Shown one piece after another: positions 23,136 to 33,074 of a stretch of 64,000 bases of DNA. Source of the DNA: Marinicella sp. (GTDB lineage: Bacteria > Pseudomonadota > Gammaproteobacteria > Xanthomonadales > Marinicellaceae); contig OZ246001.1 of NCBI GenBank assembly GCA_965230295.1, positions 864,001 to 928,000 on the forward strand, written 5' to 3'. The first letter of the stretch is position 1, and the number at the start of each line of letters is the position of its first letter. A program made the position numbers and the translations under genes. The notes beneath the pieces are model-generated. The model worked only from the letters and a program-made list of their open reading frames with translations. It made no database searches and was not told where the DNA came from.

Positions 23136-23735
23136 ATGAAACTCAACCTGACCCTAATCATTGCACTGGTTTTGTGTGGCTTCACCCACAAGTTACAAGC
23201 GGCATGCCCGACCGATGAGATATACCCTGATGCATCTTTTCCTGAATTAACCATTGAAACCACTATAGGTAAAGTCATTATTGAATTGGATAGAGGCCGT
23301 GCACCCTTGACTGTTAACCACTTTTTACACCACGTGAAAACAGGTATCTATGATGACAACCTGGTTCATCGCGTGGTGCCAGATTATGTAATCCAGACTG
23401 GAGCTTTTAAAACCGACCTATCAACAACCAAAGGATGTGGAACCCTATTCAATGAATCAGGCAATGGGTTGACCAATGATCGAGGCACCCTTTCAATGGC
23501 CAGATATGACGACCCACACTCAGCAAAGGCCAGTTTTTTCATCAACCTCAGTGACAATGAAAACCTTGACCCCAACAGGAAATCATGGGGCTATGCCGTA
23601 TTTGGTTATGTGGTTTCCGGCATGGATGTGGTTGACAAAATCGCACAAGTTAAAACCGGTTATGACAACCAGTTAAATGCCAAAGATGTTCCTACTGAAC
23701 CCGTAACAATTATCAGCGTGAGGCTTAACCAATGA
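23136..23735 (+). CDS. Periplasmic cyclophilin-type PPIase
   Basis: Signal peptide; HRVVP.YVIQ.G, RGTLSMAR, FFINL.DN..LD, GYAVFG.V motifs. Confidence 0.93.
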   Translation: MKLNLTLIIALVLCGFTHKLQAACPTDEIYPDASFPELTIETTIGKVIIELDRGRAPLTVNHFLHHVKTGIYDDNLVHRVVPDYVIQTGAFKTDLSTTKGCGTLFNESGNGLTNDRGTLSMARYDDPHSAKASFFINLSDNENLDPNRKSWGYAVFGYVVSGMDVVDKIAQVKTGYDNQLNAKDVPTEPVTIISVRLNQ

Positions 23736-24040
23736 CAGCAGATTTTATTGAATTCAAAAAATCAGACACCTTAACCACCATTTATGTTCGTGGTGAAGTT
23801 GACTTATCCAACTCTGCTGAGGTGAGAAAAACAATCTTGGGAGCTTTGAAAACGACACCAGCTGTAAAAGTCAATTTGTCAGCTGTTGAATACATAGACT
23901 CATCCGGCATCGCTGCGATGGTTGAAGGGCTGCAATTTGCCAACAGCAATGGCCGCTCATTCTGCCTGACTGAACCCAGCACACAAGTTCGCAGTATCCT
24001 GGAGTTGGCCCGACTGGATCAGGTGTTTGACATTGAGTAA
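23732..24040 (+). CDS. STAS domain protein (MlaB-like)
   Basis: NLSAVEYIDSSG motif; in the MCE operon. Confidence 0.85.
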   Translation: MTADFIEFKKSDTLTTIYVRGEVDLSNSAEVRKTILGALKTTPAVKVNLSAVEYIDSSGIAAMVEGLQFANSNGRSFCLTEPSTQVRSILELARLDQVFDIE

Positions 24041-24833
24041 ATTTCTGATCGAAAAAATTGAAACCATCGGTATGTGGTCCTACCAAGCCATCGAACGTGT
24101 CGGCTTTGCCATTCGTTTGTTTTGGGATAGTTTTTATTGGTTGATCATAGGACGTCGTTATAAACAGAAAGTGCGACTTCGACAAATTGTTGAGCAAATA
24201 CGGGTCAATGGATTTGATGCCTTGCCCATAGTGATGGCCTTGTCTTTTGTGGTGGGAATGATGCTTTCAATCCAGCTGTTGTATGCTTTGTCAGATTTTG
24301 GAGCAGAATCGCAAGTATTACTGGCTATTGCAAAATCTGTTACCCGAGAATTCTCACCACTGATCACCGGAGTCATTGTTGCCGGGCGCTCTGGTGCTGC
24401 CATAGCCGCTCGGATCGGCTCTCAGGTTGTGTCACAAGAAGTCGATGCCTTGAAAGTAATCGGGATTGTTCCGGTTCGATATTTGGTTTTACCACCCTTA
24501 TTGGGACTGATGATATCAATGCCATTGTTGATTGTGTGCGCTGATGTGATGGCCATCTTTGGCGGCGCCATTTTCAGTGTACAAAAACTCGACATGAGTA
24601 TCAGTGCTTACATGCTTGAATCTTTTAATGTCTTGATTGTGGGCGATGTCATGCAAGGCCTGATTAAAAGCGTAGTTTTCGGTGTGATCATTGTATTGGT
24701 TGGTGCCACCACAGGTTTTTATGTCACAGGTGGTGCAGAAGGCGTGGGTAAAGCCACCACAAGCGCGGTGGTAATTTCCATCTCATTCATTGTACTGGCT
24801 GACATGATTGCCAGTTACTTCTTAACTCAATAA
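24027..24833 (+). CDS. mlaE: MlaE family ABC permease
   Basis: REFSPLITG..VAGRSGAAIAARIG and GGAEGVGKATT motifs. Confidence 0.9.
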   Translation: MTLSKFLIEKIETIGMWSYQAIERVGFAIRLFWDSFYWLIIGRRYKQKVRLRQIVEQIRVNGFDALPIVMALSFVVGMMLSIQLLYALSDFGAESQVLLAIAKSVTREFSPLITGVIVAGRSGAAIAARIGSQVVSQEVDALKVIGIVPVRYLVLPPLLGLMISMPLLIVCADVMAIFGGAIFSVQKLDMSISAYMLESFNVLIVGDVMQGLIKSVVFGVIIVLVGATTGFYVTGGAEGVGKATTSAVVISISFIVLADMIASYFLTQ

Positions 24834-24840
24834 CAGTGCC

Positions 24841-25662
24841 ATGAATACAGCAGAAAACAAGCAAGAAACGGTCATTTCAGTCAAACAACTCGTCACCCAC
24901 TATGGCATGCGCAAAATCCTTGATGGCCTTGACCTTGATGTCAAAAAAGGTGAAATCAGAGTCATTATGGGCGGCAGTGGGTCTGGCAAGTCGACATTAT
25001 TGTGGCACATTTTGGGTTTGTACGAACCCACAGAAGGCCAGATAGAACTGCTCGGCCAAGACATCCATAAAATCAGTTTTAACGACCATTTAAAACTGAA
25101 ACAAAACATCGGTGTGTCCTTCCAGAGCGGTGCCCTGTTCTCTTCTATGACGGTTGGAGAAAACGTGGCATTGCCTTTGAGAGAGTTCACAGACTTAGAT
25201 GAAAACACCATTCGCATCATTTCTCGCATGAAGCTTGAGGTGGTTAACTTGGGCGGCTTCCATAAACTGATGCCATCACAGTTGTCAGGCGGCATGATCA
25301 AAAGGGCTGCGCTTGCCAGGTCTATTGTCATGGATCCTAAACTGCTGTTTTTTGATGAACCGTCAGCGGGGCTGGACCCAGTGGTGGCTTCTGAAATTGA
25401 CGATCTTATATTGTCTTTGCGCGACACTTTAGGCATGACCATGGTTGTGGTAACCCATGAACTTGACAGTGCATTTAAGATTGCTGATAAAATAACCGTT
25501 CTGGACAAAGGTAAAAACTTGATCACTGGGACAGTAGAAGAAATTCAAAGATCAGATAACAAGCGCGTGATGGACTTGTTACAACGCCGCTCAAGGCATG
25601 ACAAGTTAAACCCATCTGAATACCTCAGACGACTCACACAGGAAAATTACACACTCACATGA
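24841..25662 (+). CDS. mlaF: MlaF-like ABC ATPase
   Basis: GGSGSGKST, FQSGALF, LSGGM.KR, DEPSAGLDP motifs. Confidence 0.9.
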   Translation: MNTAENKQETVISVKQLVTHYGMRKILDGLDLDVKKGEIRVIMGGSGSGKSTLLWHILGLYEPTEGQIELLGQDIHKISFNDHLKLKQNIGVSFQSGALFSSMTVGENVALPLREFTDLDENTIRIISRMKLEVVNLGGFHKLMPSQLSGGMIKRAALARSIVMDPKLLFFDEPSAGLDPVVASEIDDLILSLRDTLGMTMVVVTHELDSAFKIADKITVLDKGKNLITGTVEEIQRSDNKRVMDLLQRRSRHDKLNPSEYLRRLTQENYTLT

Positions 25663-26603
25663 AAAGACACATCAGCAATTACTTTTGGGTCGGTTTATTC
25701 ACCCTATTTATCTCAGTATTCACTTTATGGGTGCTGATCAAAATGACTGGTAAAGAAGCAGATGCGGTGGAATACCACAGCTACTACGCCAATGTGACTG
25801 GTTTAGGTTATGGCACACCAGTCTATTTCGAAGGTTACCGCATCGGTCAGGTTGAATCCATCATGCCAGAATACAAACAAACCAAGCTCGACTTCAAGGT
25901 GACCTTCTCGGTATTAAAGGAATGGAAGATACCGACTGATTCTTCGGCGCAGATCAACTCAGCGGGTTTGCTGGCAGACATGTCAATCAACATCAAAGGT
26001 GGTGAGTCTACGGTCCATTTCCAGCCCGGTGAAACCATTCCCGGATTACCACCAGCGGATTTGTTTGCTCAATTGGCCGGTGTTTCTGATGACATCACAG
26101 AAATATCTGAAGAACAAATTAAACCGATGTTAACCATGCTGCATGAACGACTTGACAGCATCACGGCACAAATTGACCAGGGCTTACCTGGCATCATGGA
26201 TAACATCAACACGTCAACCACTGAGTTGAATCAGTTGATGCAATCGGCCAATAAAATTCTCAGCAATGAGAACACCGAAAACATTGATGAGTTCATCGCC
26301 AACCTCGCCAAGTTAACTTCTGAGATGCAACTGTCCATCAAGACCCTGGATGAAGGACTGGCCAACGTCAACAGTTTGGTGGCAGATGCCAGGGGGCTGA
26401 TTTCAGCTGATGATTCAGAAATGGCTGAAATTTTAAAAACGGCGGCCCGCAGCATGTTTGCCTTATCGAACAAATTAGACAGCATCACCAATGAAATCGA
26501 AAGTGCCAGCATGAACTTGAATGAAGCCACCAATCTCATCAGAAAAGATCCGTCCAGTTTGATTTTTTCTTCAGACGCAGCCGTTGAGGATGATGACTTA
26601 TGA
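25659..26603 (+). CDS. MCE/MlaD protein with long helical extension
   Basis: N-terminal TM, GL..GTPV...GY.IG.V MCE motif, coiled-coil C-terminus ending in P.SLIF. Confidence 0.88.
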   Translation: MKRHISNYFWVGLFTLFISVFTLWVLIKMTGKEADAVEYHSYYANVTGLGYGTPVYFEGYRIGQVESIMPEYKQTKLDFKVTFSVLKEWKIPTDSSAQINSAGLLADMSINIKGGESTVHFQPGETIPGLPPADLFAQLAGVSDDITEISEEQIKPMLTMLHERLDSITAQIDQGLPGIMDNINTSTTELNQLMQSANKILSNENTENIDEFIANLAKLTSEMQLSIKTLDEGLANVNSLVADARGLISADDSEMAEILKTAARSMFALSNKLDSITNEIESASMNLNEATNLIRKDPSSLIFSSDAAVEDDDL

Positions 26604-27178
26604 AACCTATATTAACCACTGTTCTGATTACCTTTATTTTGTTGATGGTTAATGCTTGTAGCAATCAACAAGCACAAGTCAAGCAATATTATCGTCTGGA
26701 TGCCCCGACTGATATCACGAACCAGGCAATAACTACCAAACCCTCGACATTGGTGGTCAAACGTCCCATGGCATTAAGCATTTTGGGTGGACGTCCCATG
26801 GTCGCCACCCAAGCTGACGGTTCACTGGTGCAACTCAGCCACAATTACTGGATAGAGTCACCCAAAATCCTGCTGCAGGATGTATTGCAAACTTGGGCTG
26901 CCAATCATTGGCAACAAGTCAGCAGTCAGGTGCCTCAAGATGACCATTACCACATTTTGGAATCGCGCATACTGGCCTTCGAAAAGAATCAAAGCATGGC
27001 TAAAGTCCATTTAGAATTTTATCTTTACGACACCAACAATCAATTGATTTTCAACCAACAAATGCTGGCTACTGAAAGCATAGAAAACGATGGATTTAAA
27101 GCATTTACACAGGCCATAACCATGGCATTGAACACCATCTTGAATCAACTGGGAGCTGAACTGGCAGATGTTAACTGA
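26600..27178 (+). CDS. PqiC-like ABC auxiliary lipoprotein
   Basis: Lipobox VNAC, YYRL and W.ESP..LL motifs; follows the MCE gene. Confidence 0.75.
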   Translation: MKPILTTVLITFILLMVNACSNQQAQVKQYYRLDAPTDITNQAITTKPSTLVVKRPMALSILGGRPMVATQADGSLVQLSHNYWIESPKILLQDVLQTWAANHWQQVSSQVPQDDHYHILESRILAFEKNQSMAKVHLEFYLYDTNNQLIFNQQMLATESIENDGFKAFTQAITMALNTILNQLGAELADVN

Positions 27179-27566
27179 CCGACTCATCAATGAATTGGGC
27201 TTATTGAAATTACAGTCCAAACACTGTACTCATAACAGCAGTGAAATTTTGGCTGATCTTGAAGCCGTTCAAGAACAACCACCAAAAGCACCACCTGTCA
27301 AACAGGCAGCAGACAAGCTTGACAAAAGTGAATTTCGACTACTGGTGAAGATGTTACAGGCGATTGGCCATGAATGCCAATACGACAACATCGCTATAGG
27401 AGACGGTGCAGTCACCTACCACCATCCAATCAAAACCATCATTTTTAATGACATCAACCTACCTGACAGTCGCCAAATCATGAATTTAAGTGCTCTGGCA
27501 GACTTGTTAGCCAATGAACAAATGAAGAGACCCGTTTGGGAAAAATTAAAAACCTTAAAGAGTTAA
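27168..27566 (+). CDS. Hypothetical protein, DNA polymerase III psi (HolD)-like
   Basis: 132 aa; N-terminal L.ELGL and C-terminal LADLLANEQMKRPVWEKL resemble the psi K-R-x-L-W motif. Confidence 0.4.
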   Translation: MLTDRLINELGLLKLQSKHCTHNSSEILADLEAVQEQPPKAPPVKQAADKLDKSEFRLLVKMLQAIGHECQYDNIAIGDGAVTYHHPIKTIIFNDINLPDSRQIMNLSALADLLANEQMKRPVWEKLKTLKS

Positions 27567-27576
27567 CATAAGAACC

Positions 27577-28317
27577 ATGGTTCGAGACCACTTGTTTCAT
27601 AAGACACCATCCGCTGACAATGACTTCCGTTGGCGTGGTGGCGAAGTGTCCCGAATAGAGGCTTTTGCAGATGGTATTTTTGCCATCACCATCACTTTAT
27701 TGATTGTTTCTGGCTCAGCCACTGAAGGCTTTTATGACATGTGGTTGATGATCAGGGATTTACCCGCTTTCTTCCTCAGCTTCGCCATGATCATGTATGC
27801 CTGGTTGGAACACTACATTTACTTCAGGCGTTATGGTTTGGCAGATGGTTTCACATTGTTCTTGAATGCGGTGTTTTTATTTTTGGTCATGACTTTGGCT
27901 TATCCCTTGAAATTGCTCAGTACGTTTTTGTGGTACTTAATCATTGGAGAACCCACATCCACTTTATTCACCATTCCTGAACACAGCTCCCTGATGATTA
28001 CCAGCTTGGAGCAACGCATGTTCATGATGTACTTTTATGGTGCAGCCACCATTGGCCTGTTCGGCACTTTGCTGCTGATGCACATCAATGCTTTTCTTAA
28101 GAGAAATGACATCGAATTGGATGAGATTGAAATAGCCGTCACCAAACAATCCATCGCCCACCACCTAGCATCTACGTTGATTGCCCTGATCTCAATATCA
28201 GTGCTTGCACTGTCCAAAAATCCAGGACTCTCTGGTGTGGTGTATTTTTTAATGCCATTGGTCCACCCCTGTATCAGTTACTTATACATACGTAAAATTA
28301 AGCAAATAAAATCCTGA
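27577..28317 (+). CDS. TMEM175/DUF1211 family potassium channel-like protein
   Basis: RIEAFADGIFAITITLL signature; 6 TM. Confidence 0.85.
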   Translation: MVRDHLFHKTPSADNDFRWRGGEVSRIEAFADGIFAITITLLIVSGSATEGFYDMWLMIRDLPAFFLSFAMIMYAWLEHYIYFRRYGLADGFTLFLNAVFLFLVMTLAYPLKLLSTFLWYLIIGEPTSTLFTIPEHSSLMITSLEQRMFMMYFYGAATIGLFGTLLLMHINAFLKRNDIELDEIEIAVTKQSIAHHLASTLIALISISVLALSKNPGLSGVVYFLMPLVHPCISYLYIRKIKQIKS

Positions 28318-28410
28318 CCCTGGCTGTCTATTAAGTAATGTCTATGGGTATCCATTCATTGCATAAAGGTTTCTTGACTTCGTCAAACCGCCTCTTCTTC
28401 ATGACCTAGC

Positions 28411-28521
28411 TGGCTAAGTACTCTCGCTGCGGTATTCATGCAAAGCTGAGTAACTTTTTTATTTTTGGCAAACCACCATGCTTTCATTACCTGCGCTGGT
28501 CGGACTATCGGACCGTTCTCC
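28411..28521 (-). repeat. Dispersed intergenic repeat copy 2 (core 28474-28521)
   Basis: Reverse complement of the core matches copy 1 at 44/48; also shares the AATACCG(T/C)AGC and AGTA.T.AGCCA blocks. Confidence 0.75.
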
Positions 28522-28784
28522 GGGGTTCAATTCGATCAAAAGGGTACTGGGCCCTTTATTTCAAAACTGTCACAAAAAAGAAACCCACATTTTATCTAGG
28601 CAATAGATACTCATATCAAAGCCATTGTTAATGACAGGGGTGGTAACCAGGCTGTGGCTTGAGCATCTGTACAAGACACTTCATCAGACCCATTACCACA
28701 ACATTGCTTAAGTGCCTGTCTCTTGGAGTGATTTCATTGTTTGGGCACTGTCTCTGACTCCAACTAACCGATTATTCCAGCATC

Positions 28785-28815
28785 AAAAAAGGCGCGGTGT
28801 TTCCACCACGCCTTT
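28785..28815 (-). terminator. Intrinsic terminator of the subtilase gene
   Basis: Minus strand AAAGGCGTGGTG-GAAA-CACCGCGCC-TTTTTT. Confidence 0.85.
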
Positions 28816-28842
28816 GACCAATTTAATGGTTTTTCCTTACAG

Positions 28843-31800
28843 TTACGGAGCAGGTGTGTCGAAACCGTCCGCAAAGATCAAGTCAGGCAATCCTTGTACA
28901 GTTAATGTAACTGTAACAACCACTTGCGCCTCATCAGGATCATCGCTTTCGATACACAGACCAGCTTCATATACACCTGGAGCCAATCCGGTTGAGTCTA
29001 AAGTCACAGTGACATCAGTGTCATCACCCGGAGCTACAGCACCACCAGAAGATGATGTGGTCATCCAAGTTGCACCACATTGGCTGGTTCCAGCTATGTT
29101 GTACCTCAGCTGCTCGAAATTAGGCTCAGCTGTCAAGCCAGGGATTCCAGTCCAATCAGCTACATTAAACGAAATGGGTGAAACCAGTTGAGCAGTCGCT
29201 CCGGCCACATCCGGACCAGCAGCAAACCAAGCCCATCTGGTACCAGCATTGCTTGGGATGTCTTGCGTTGGAAATACAGTTACCCAATAAGTTCCTGCTG
29301 GCAAGTCCAAAGGAGAACCGCCATTAGCTGCTGTCACATCGATGAGGATGTTGTTATCAGTCAGGTCCAGGCTAGGATCAGCAACCGGGATATCCAAAGC
29401 AAACAACTCTGCATTCATGCCATCTTCAGGATGACCCGCTGGAACACCTGCCAGGTCTGCATATACATGTAGTTGAATAGCAGTTGCAGACGTATCCAAT
29501 GAAGCACCATTGGCAAAACCTTCGAAGAACATGGTTGAAATCGATGAATCACCTGTCAGTACAAAGTCATCTGCACTGTAGGCTCCGGCACCATTTCCAC
29601 CATCATCTTGTAAGAAGAAGCCACTGACGATGCCGTTAGTGATGGCACCCGTGCCATCTACTTGCTCGGCAAAAGTCACACTGAAGTTACCAGTACCAAT
29701 AGTCCAGTTCAAATCAGCACCGGCAACTGGAGAGTTGGCGATGTTCAAATTCAAGTCTGTGGTCATGTCGGCATCAAGTGTTGCGCTTAAAGTAGTAGGT
29801 GTCACATCGATGTCTGGCTGCTCTGGGAAACCAGTGACAACCAATGGCAAGTGTAGATCTGACAAGGCTGAAGGAGTAACAAATCTCAAGCCCCAAGTAT
29901 CCAATGTACCAGCATCAAAACTTACGCTGTCACCAGCACAAATGGTCCAATCGCCATCATTGGTCGTGAACACATCTGCCAAAGTTGCTGGCGGTGAAGC
30001 AATCGAACCTGGCGCAGGTGAGAATTCACAAACACCATCATCCTGACAAACCACATCATCAGAGCCTGCAAGTGCTGCTCCCATGTCTTCTGCGGACACC
30101 GCGGCGCCATCAGCATAAGTAATCGGTGAGCTACCTATCAAGTTTGAAGACTCCCCTGAACTACCTGTTCCATCATCAGCCACTTCTACTTCACCGGACA
30201 AACTTTGTAAGCCCAATACCAAAGCATCTGGGTTGGTCAATTTAACAGTCAAGTCTCCTAACCATGTATGCGTTAAACCGGCATCCACTTCCACTGCAAC
30301 TTCTGAACCAGATAAACCTGAAACTGAAATGATGTCACAAGCCATTGTGGCATTGGTTCCATCATAAGCACCATCGGCAATGGCTGCAGCAGGTGCTGAT
30401 GTGAACTCAACAGAATCCGGCGCTGGAACAACCAACAGTTCACCAAAGCTCACCGCACCGGCTGGCAATGCTGCACCATCGATTTCAACATCGATTGTAA
30501 CCACTTGACCAGGGTTGGCGGTAAAGTTGGCAGGATTAACTGTACCTGTCATGCCAGACAAACTGGCATTGTATTCAACTGGGCCAGCCGCTACGCTTCT
30601 GAATTTACGTTGGAAAGTACAAGTACCTACACAGGAGTCATTCTTATAACTGGCAATGTTCAATGTCTTAGGATCACCACCATTGGCAGGATCTGCCTGT
30701 AGGTATCGGAAAGCGGTTTCATTCAAAACCAAGCCTACTGATGAAGCCGCATCAACTTGAACACGTCCAGAACCTCGATCAAATGGATCGGCGACAGTTT
30801 GCTGGTCTTCTTTGGTCATACCAGCAGTGACTGCTGTCATCATCAGAGCAGATCTGATTTCTGGCGCTGTCCAGGTTGGGTGTAACTCTTTCAACAATGC
30901 AGCAGAACCTGCAGTGTGTGGAGACGCCATAGAGGTACCTGAAATGGCACCGTACTCAGCTGGTGTGCCAGTGGAAGGATCACTGTCAGCAAAACCGGCT
31001 AAAATACTCACACCAGGAGCTGCAATGTCAGGCTTATTCACTTCAAACGGACTCGGTCCACGTGAACTGAAACCGGCCAAAGAATCTGCTTGTCCGGCTA
31101 AACTGATGCTTGTTGCTGCTGCAACTGAAACAGTGGCTGTGGGGTTGGCAGTGATGTAAGCAGCCAACTCAGTACCAATGTCTTCACTGACCATGACTGA
31201 AGGCAACGTACTGGTTTCCAAACCACCCATCACGATGGGGTCACCAGGACGGTTGTTGTGGACAACAACACCTGTCGCACCTGCCGCTGTGGCATTGGTA
31301 AGCTTATCTGCAAAAGAACACCCGCCCCTTGAGATCAAGGCAATCACACCAAGAAAGGCATTGGGGTCGGTATAAGCGTTACATCCTTCAATATTGGCTG
31401 GCTCTACAATGCCAGAATAATTGATGGTACCCACCATATCAACTGCCATTGCGGGACCAGTACCTTGAATTGCCAGCGCATCAACCAATGATGGTGCAGG
31501 AGGTACAGGGCCAGTTACCGTTAAAGCATTGCTGAATCTTCTGATGTGTGTAGATGCCGCTGAACTTGTGGTCCAAGGCTCTACATGGCCAGCTGTACCT
31601 GGCCCAGGTCCTGCATTACCACCAGAGGTCGCAACGAAGATGCCTGAATCAGTGGCGCTCAAAAAGGCCAAAGAAGCCGCTTCGCCCCAAGGCGAATTAC
31701 CACCTGAGATGGAGTAGTTGATGGCATTGACTATACCGTCTGCCAGCATTTGGTCAATCGATTCTGCTGCTGCAGAACCAAAACAACCACCGCCAGCACC

Positions 31801-32781
31801 TGGTGCCGGGTTATAGCAGACATCAAAGATAACTAAATTTGCATGACGGGCCACACCACTGATACCAATACCTGTGATGCCACTGAATTCTGCGTCAGTA
31901 ACTAAGTTACCACCCGCAGTAGAAGCGGTATGTGTACCATGGCCATTTTCATCTTCTGGCCCAGGAATGTCCGTACCACCAGGTGGGGTGATGTCAAAAA
32001 CGAAGTCATAACCACCTATGATTTTGTCATTACAAGTGTATGCAGGGTCAAATTGATCCATATTAGTGGGATCACACACACCCAAGTAAAAACCAGATCC
32101 CAAGGGATTGGTGTGGTCGTATGCATCGTCACCAACATCTGCAAAAGATGGGTGATCAAAGTTGGCACCTGAGTCTAAGACACCAATAACAACACCTTCA
32201 CCAAAAGCCATACCACTGGCAGGTGCGGTACCTGTCCAAACGTTATCGGCACCAATCAATTGTGGGCCCTGGTCAGTACTCATGGAATACTCTCGATCCA
32301 ACTCAACGTTTTTAATGCCACCTATTGACCTGATTTCTGCCGCTTCAGCAGCAGTCATTTCAATCACCACGCCGTTCAGCGCGTATTGATAGGTAAAAAT
32401 TGAATCAACATCTCTTCCCAATGTTCCACTGACTGAGCTGAGGAAATTGGTTTGAACTTGTTTCAGGTGCTCTACGTATGCCACAGCAGCGGGGCTTTTA
32501 GAAAGCAAACGGTTGCCTTCGCCACGAGGAATAGGAGCAAATTGGCCAACACCATTGTAGTTAGCTAAAGCTGCCTCTTCGAGCGTTATGATATACCTGC
32601 GTTGGCCCAAAGCATTGGGTGCCGGGATAAATGATCCATTTTGATTAACTTCTTCTGTTAACGATGCACCAACAGAGACTGTATTTGCAGCCTGTACGAC
32701 ATCTGTTTGTGATACTCCAGCCAAACAGACGGCTGACATCACTGAAGCAGTAATCAATGGATTTATTTTTGATTTAGACAT
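28843..32781 (-). CDS. Secreted S8 subtilase (I9-like propeptide, PA domain, Fn3-like, P-proprotein-like and further beta domains)
   Basis: Catalytic triad GVLDSG / GHGTHTAST / GTSMASPH; PA motif ISRGGCSFADK; HTWLGDL.V.L P-domain motif; signal peptide. Confidence 0.93.
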   Translation of the reverse strand: MSKSKINPLITASVMSAVCLAGVSQTDVVQAANTVSVGASLTEEVNQNGSFIPAPNALGQRRYIITLEEAALANYNGVGQFAPIPRGEGNRLLSKSPAAVAYVEHLKQVQTNFLSSVSGTLGRDVDSIFTYQYALNGVVIEMTAAEAAEIRSIGGIKNVELDREYSMSTDQGPQLIGADNVWTGTAPASGMAFGEGVVIGVLDSGANFDHPSFADVGDDAYDHTNPLGSGFYLGVCDPTNMDQFDPAYTCNDKIIGGYDFVFDITPPGGTDIPGPEDENGHGTHTASTAGGNLVTDAEFSGITGIGISGVARHANLVIFDVCYNPAPGAGGGCFGSAAAESIDQMLADGIVNAINYSISGGNSPWGEAASLAFLSATDSGIFVATSGGNAGPGPGTAGHVEPWTTSSAASTHIRRFSNALTVTGPVPPAPSLVDALAIQGTGPAMAVDMVGTINYSGIVEPANIEGCNAYTDPNAFLGVIALISRGGCSFADKLTNATAAGATGVVVHNNRPGDPIVMGGLETSTLPSVMVSEDIGTELAAYITANPTATVSVAAATSISLAGQADSLAGFSSRGPSPFEVNKPDIAAPGVSILAGFADSDPSTGTPAEYGAISGTSMASPHTAGSAALLKELHPTWTAPEIRSALMMTAVTAGMTKEDQQTVADPFDRGSGRVQVDAASSVGLVLNETAFRYLQADPANGGDPKTLNIASYKNDSCVGTCTFQRKFRSVAAGPVEYNASLSGMTGTVNPANFTANPGQVVTIDVEIDGAALPAGAVSFGELLVVPAPDSVEFTSAPAAAIADGAYDGTNATMACDIISVSGLSGSEVAVEVDAGLTHTWLGDLTVKLTNPDALVLGLQSLSGEVEVADDGTGSSGESSNLIGSSPITYADGAAVSAEDMGAALAGSDDVVCQDDGVCEFSPAPGSIASPPATLADVFTTNDGDWTICAGDSVSFDAGTLDTWGLRFVTPSALSDLHLPLVVTGFPEQPDIDVTPTTLSATLDADMTTDLNLNIANSPVAGADLNWTIGTGNFSVTFAEQVDGTGAITNGIVSGFFLQDDGGNGAGAYSADDFVLTGDSSISTMFFEGFANGASLDTSATAIQLHVYADLAGVPAGHPEDGMNAELFALDIPVADPSLDLTDNNILIDVTAANGGSPLDLPAGTYWVTVFPTQDIPSNAGTRWAWFAAGPDVAGATAQLVSPISFNVADWTGIPGLTAEPNFEQLRYNIAGTSQCGATWMTTSSSGGAVAPGDDTDVTVTLDSTGLAPGVYEAGLCIESDDPDEAQVVVTVTLTVQGLPDLIFADGFDTPAP

Positions 32782-33059
32782 AAATTTGTCCTCTCCTTTT
32801 TTTCATTGAATTAATTAAATATAAATATATTGTATAAATTACAAAGCCTAATGATTTGGGTGCCCCTTATAATCATGTTAATTACACACAATTCATTTAG
32901 CCTAAGGATACTACACAAGCATAAGTTGAAAATCAAGCAAGATTGAAACCGATTTTAAGTTTAACGTTTAATGGGCGCATTTATCGTTAAATCAGCCAAA
33001 AGGGGACGCGCATTAATGGCGCATTCCAAGACATCAAGTGGGAGCCTAAATCAATCCCG

Positions 33060-33068
33060 TGATAGAAT
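33060..33068 (+). promoter_or_regulatory. Extended -10 element, probable leaderless start
   Basis: TG-A-TAGAAT, 6 nt upstream of ATG 33075; no SD. Confidence 0.55.
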
Positions 33069-33074
33069 GCGCAA

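Noticed and set aside
28640-28700. CTGATGA followed by a stem on the minus strand, suggesting a hammerhead ribozyme
   Set aside because: The stem is followed by CAAG rather than the essential GAAA, and no stem III/cleavage site is apparent.
28712-32389. Several plus-strand ORFs antisense to the subtilase
   Set aside because: Shadow ORFs arising from codon bias; no RBS or recognisable motifs.
32975-33072. Phased GCGCATT repeats upstream of the subtilase/OMP pair
   Set aside because: They are short and partly explained by -10 plus discriminator sequences (TAGAATGCGC); not enough for an operator call.
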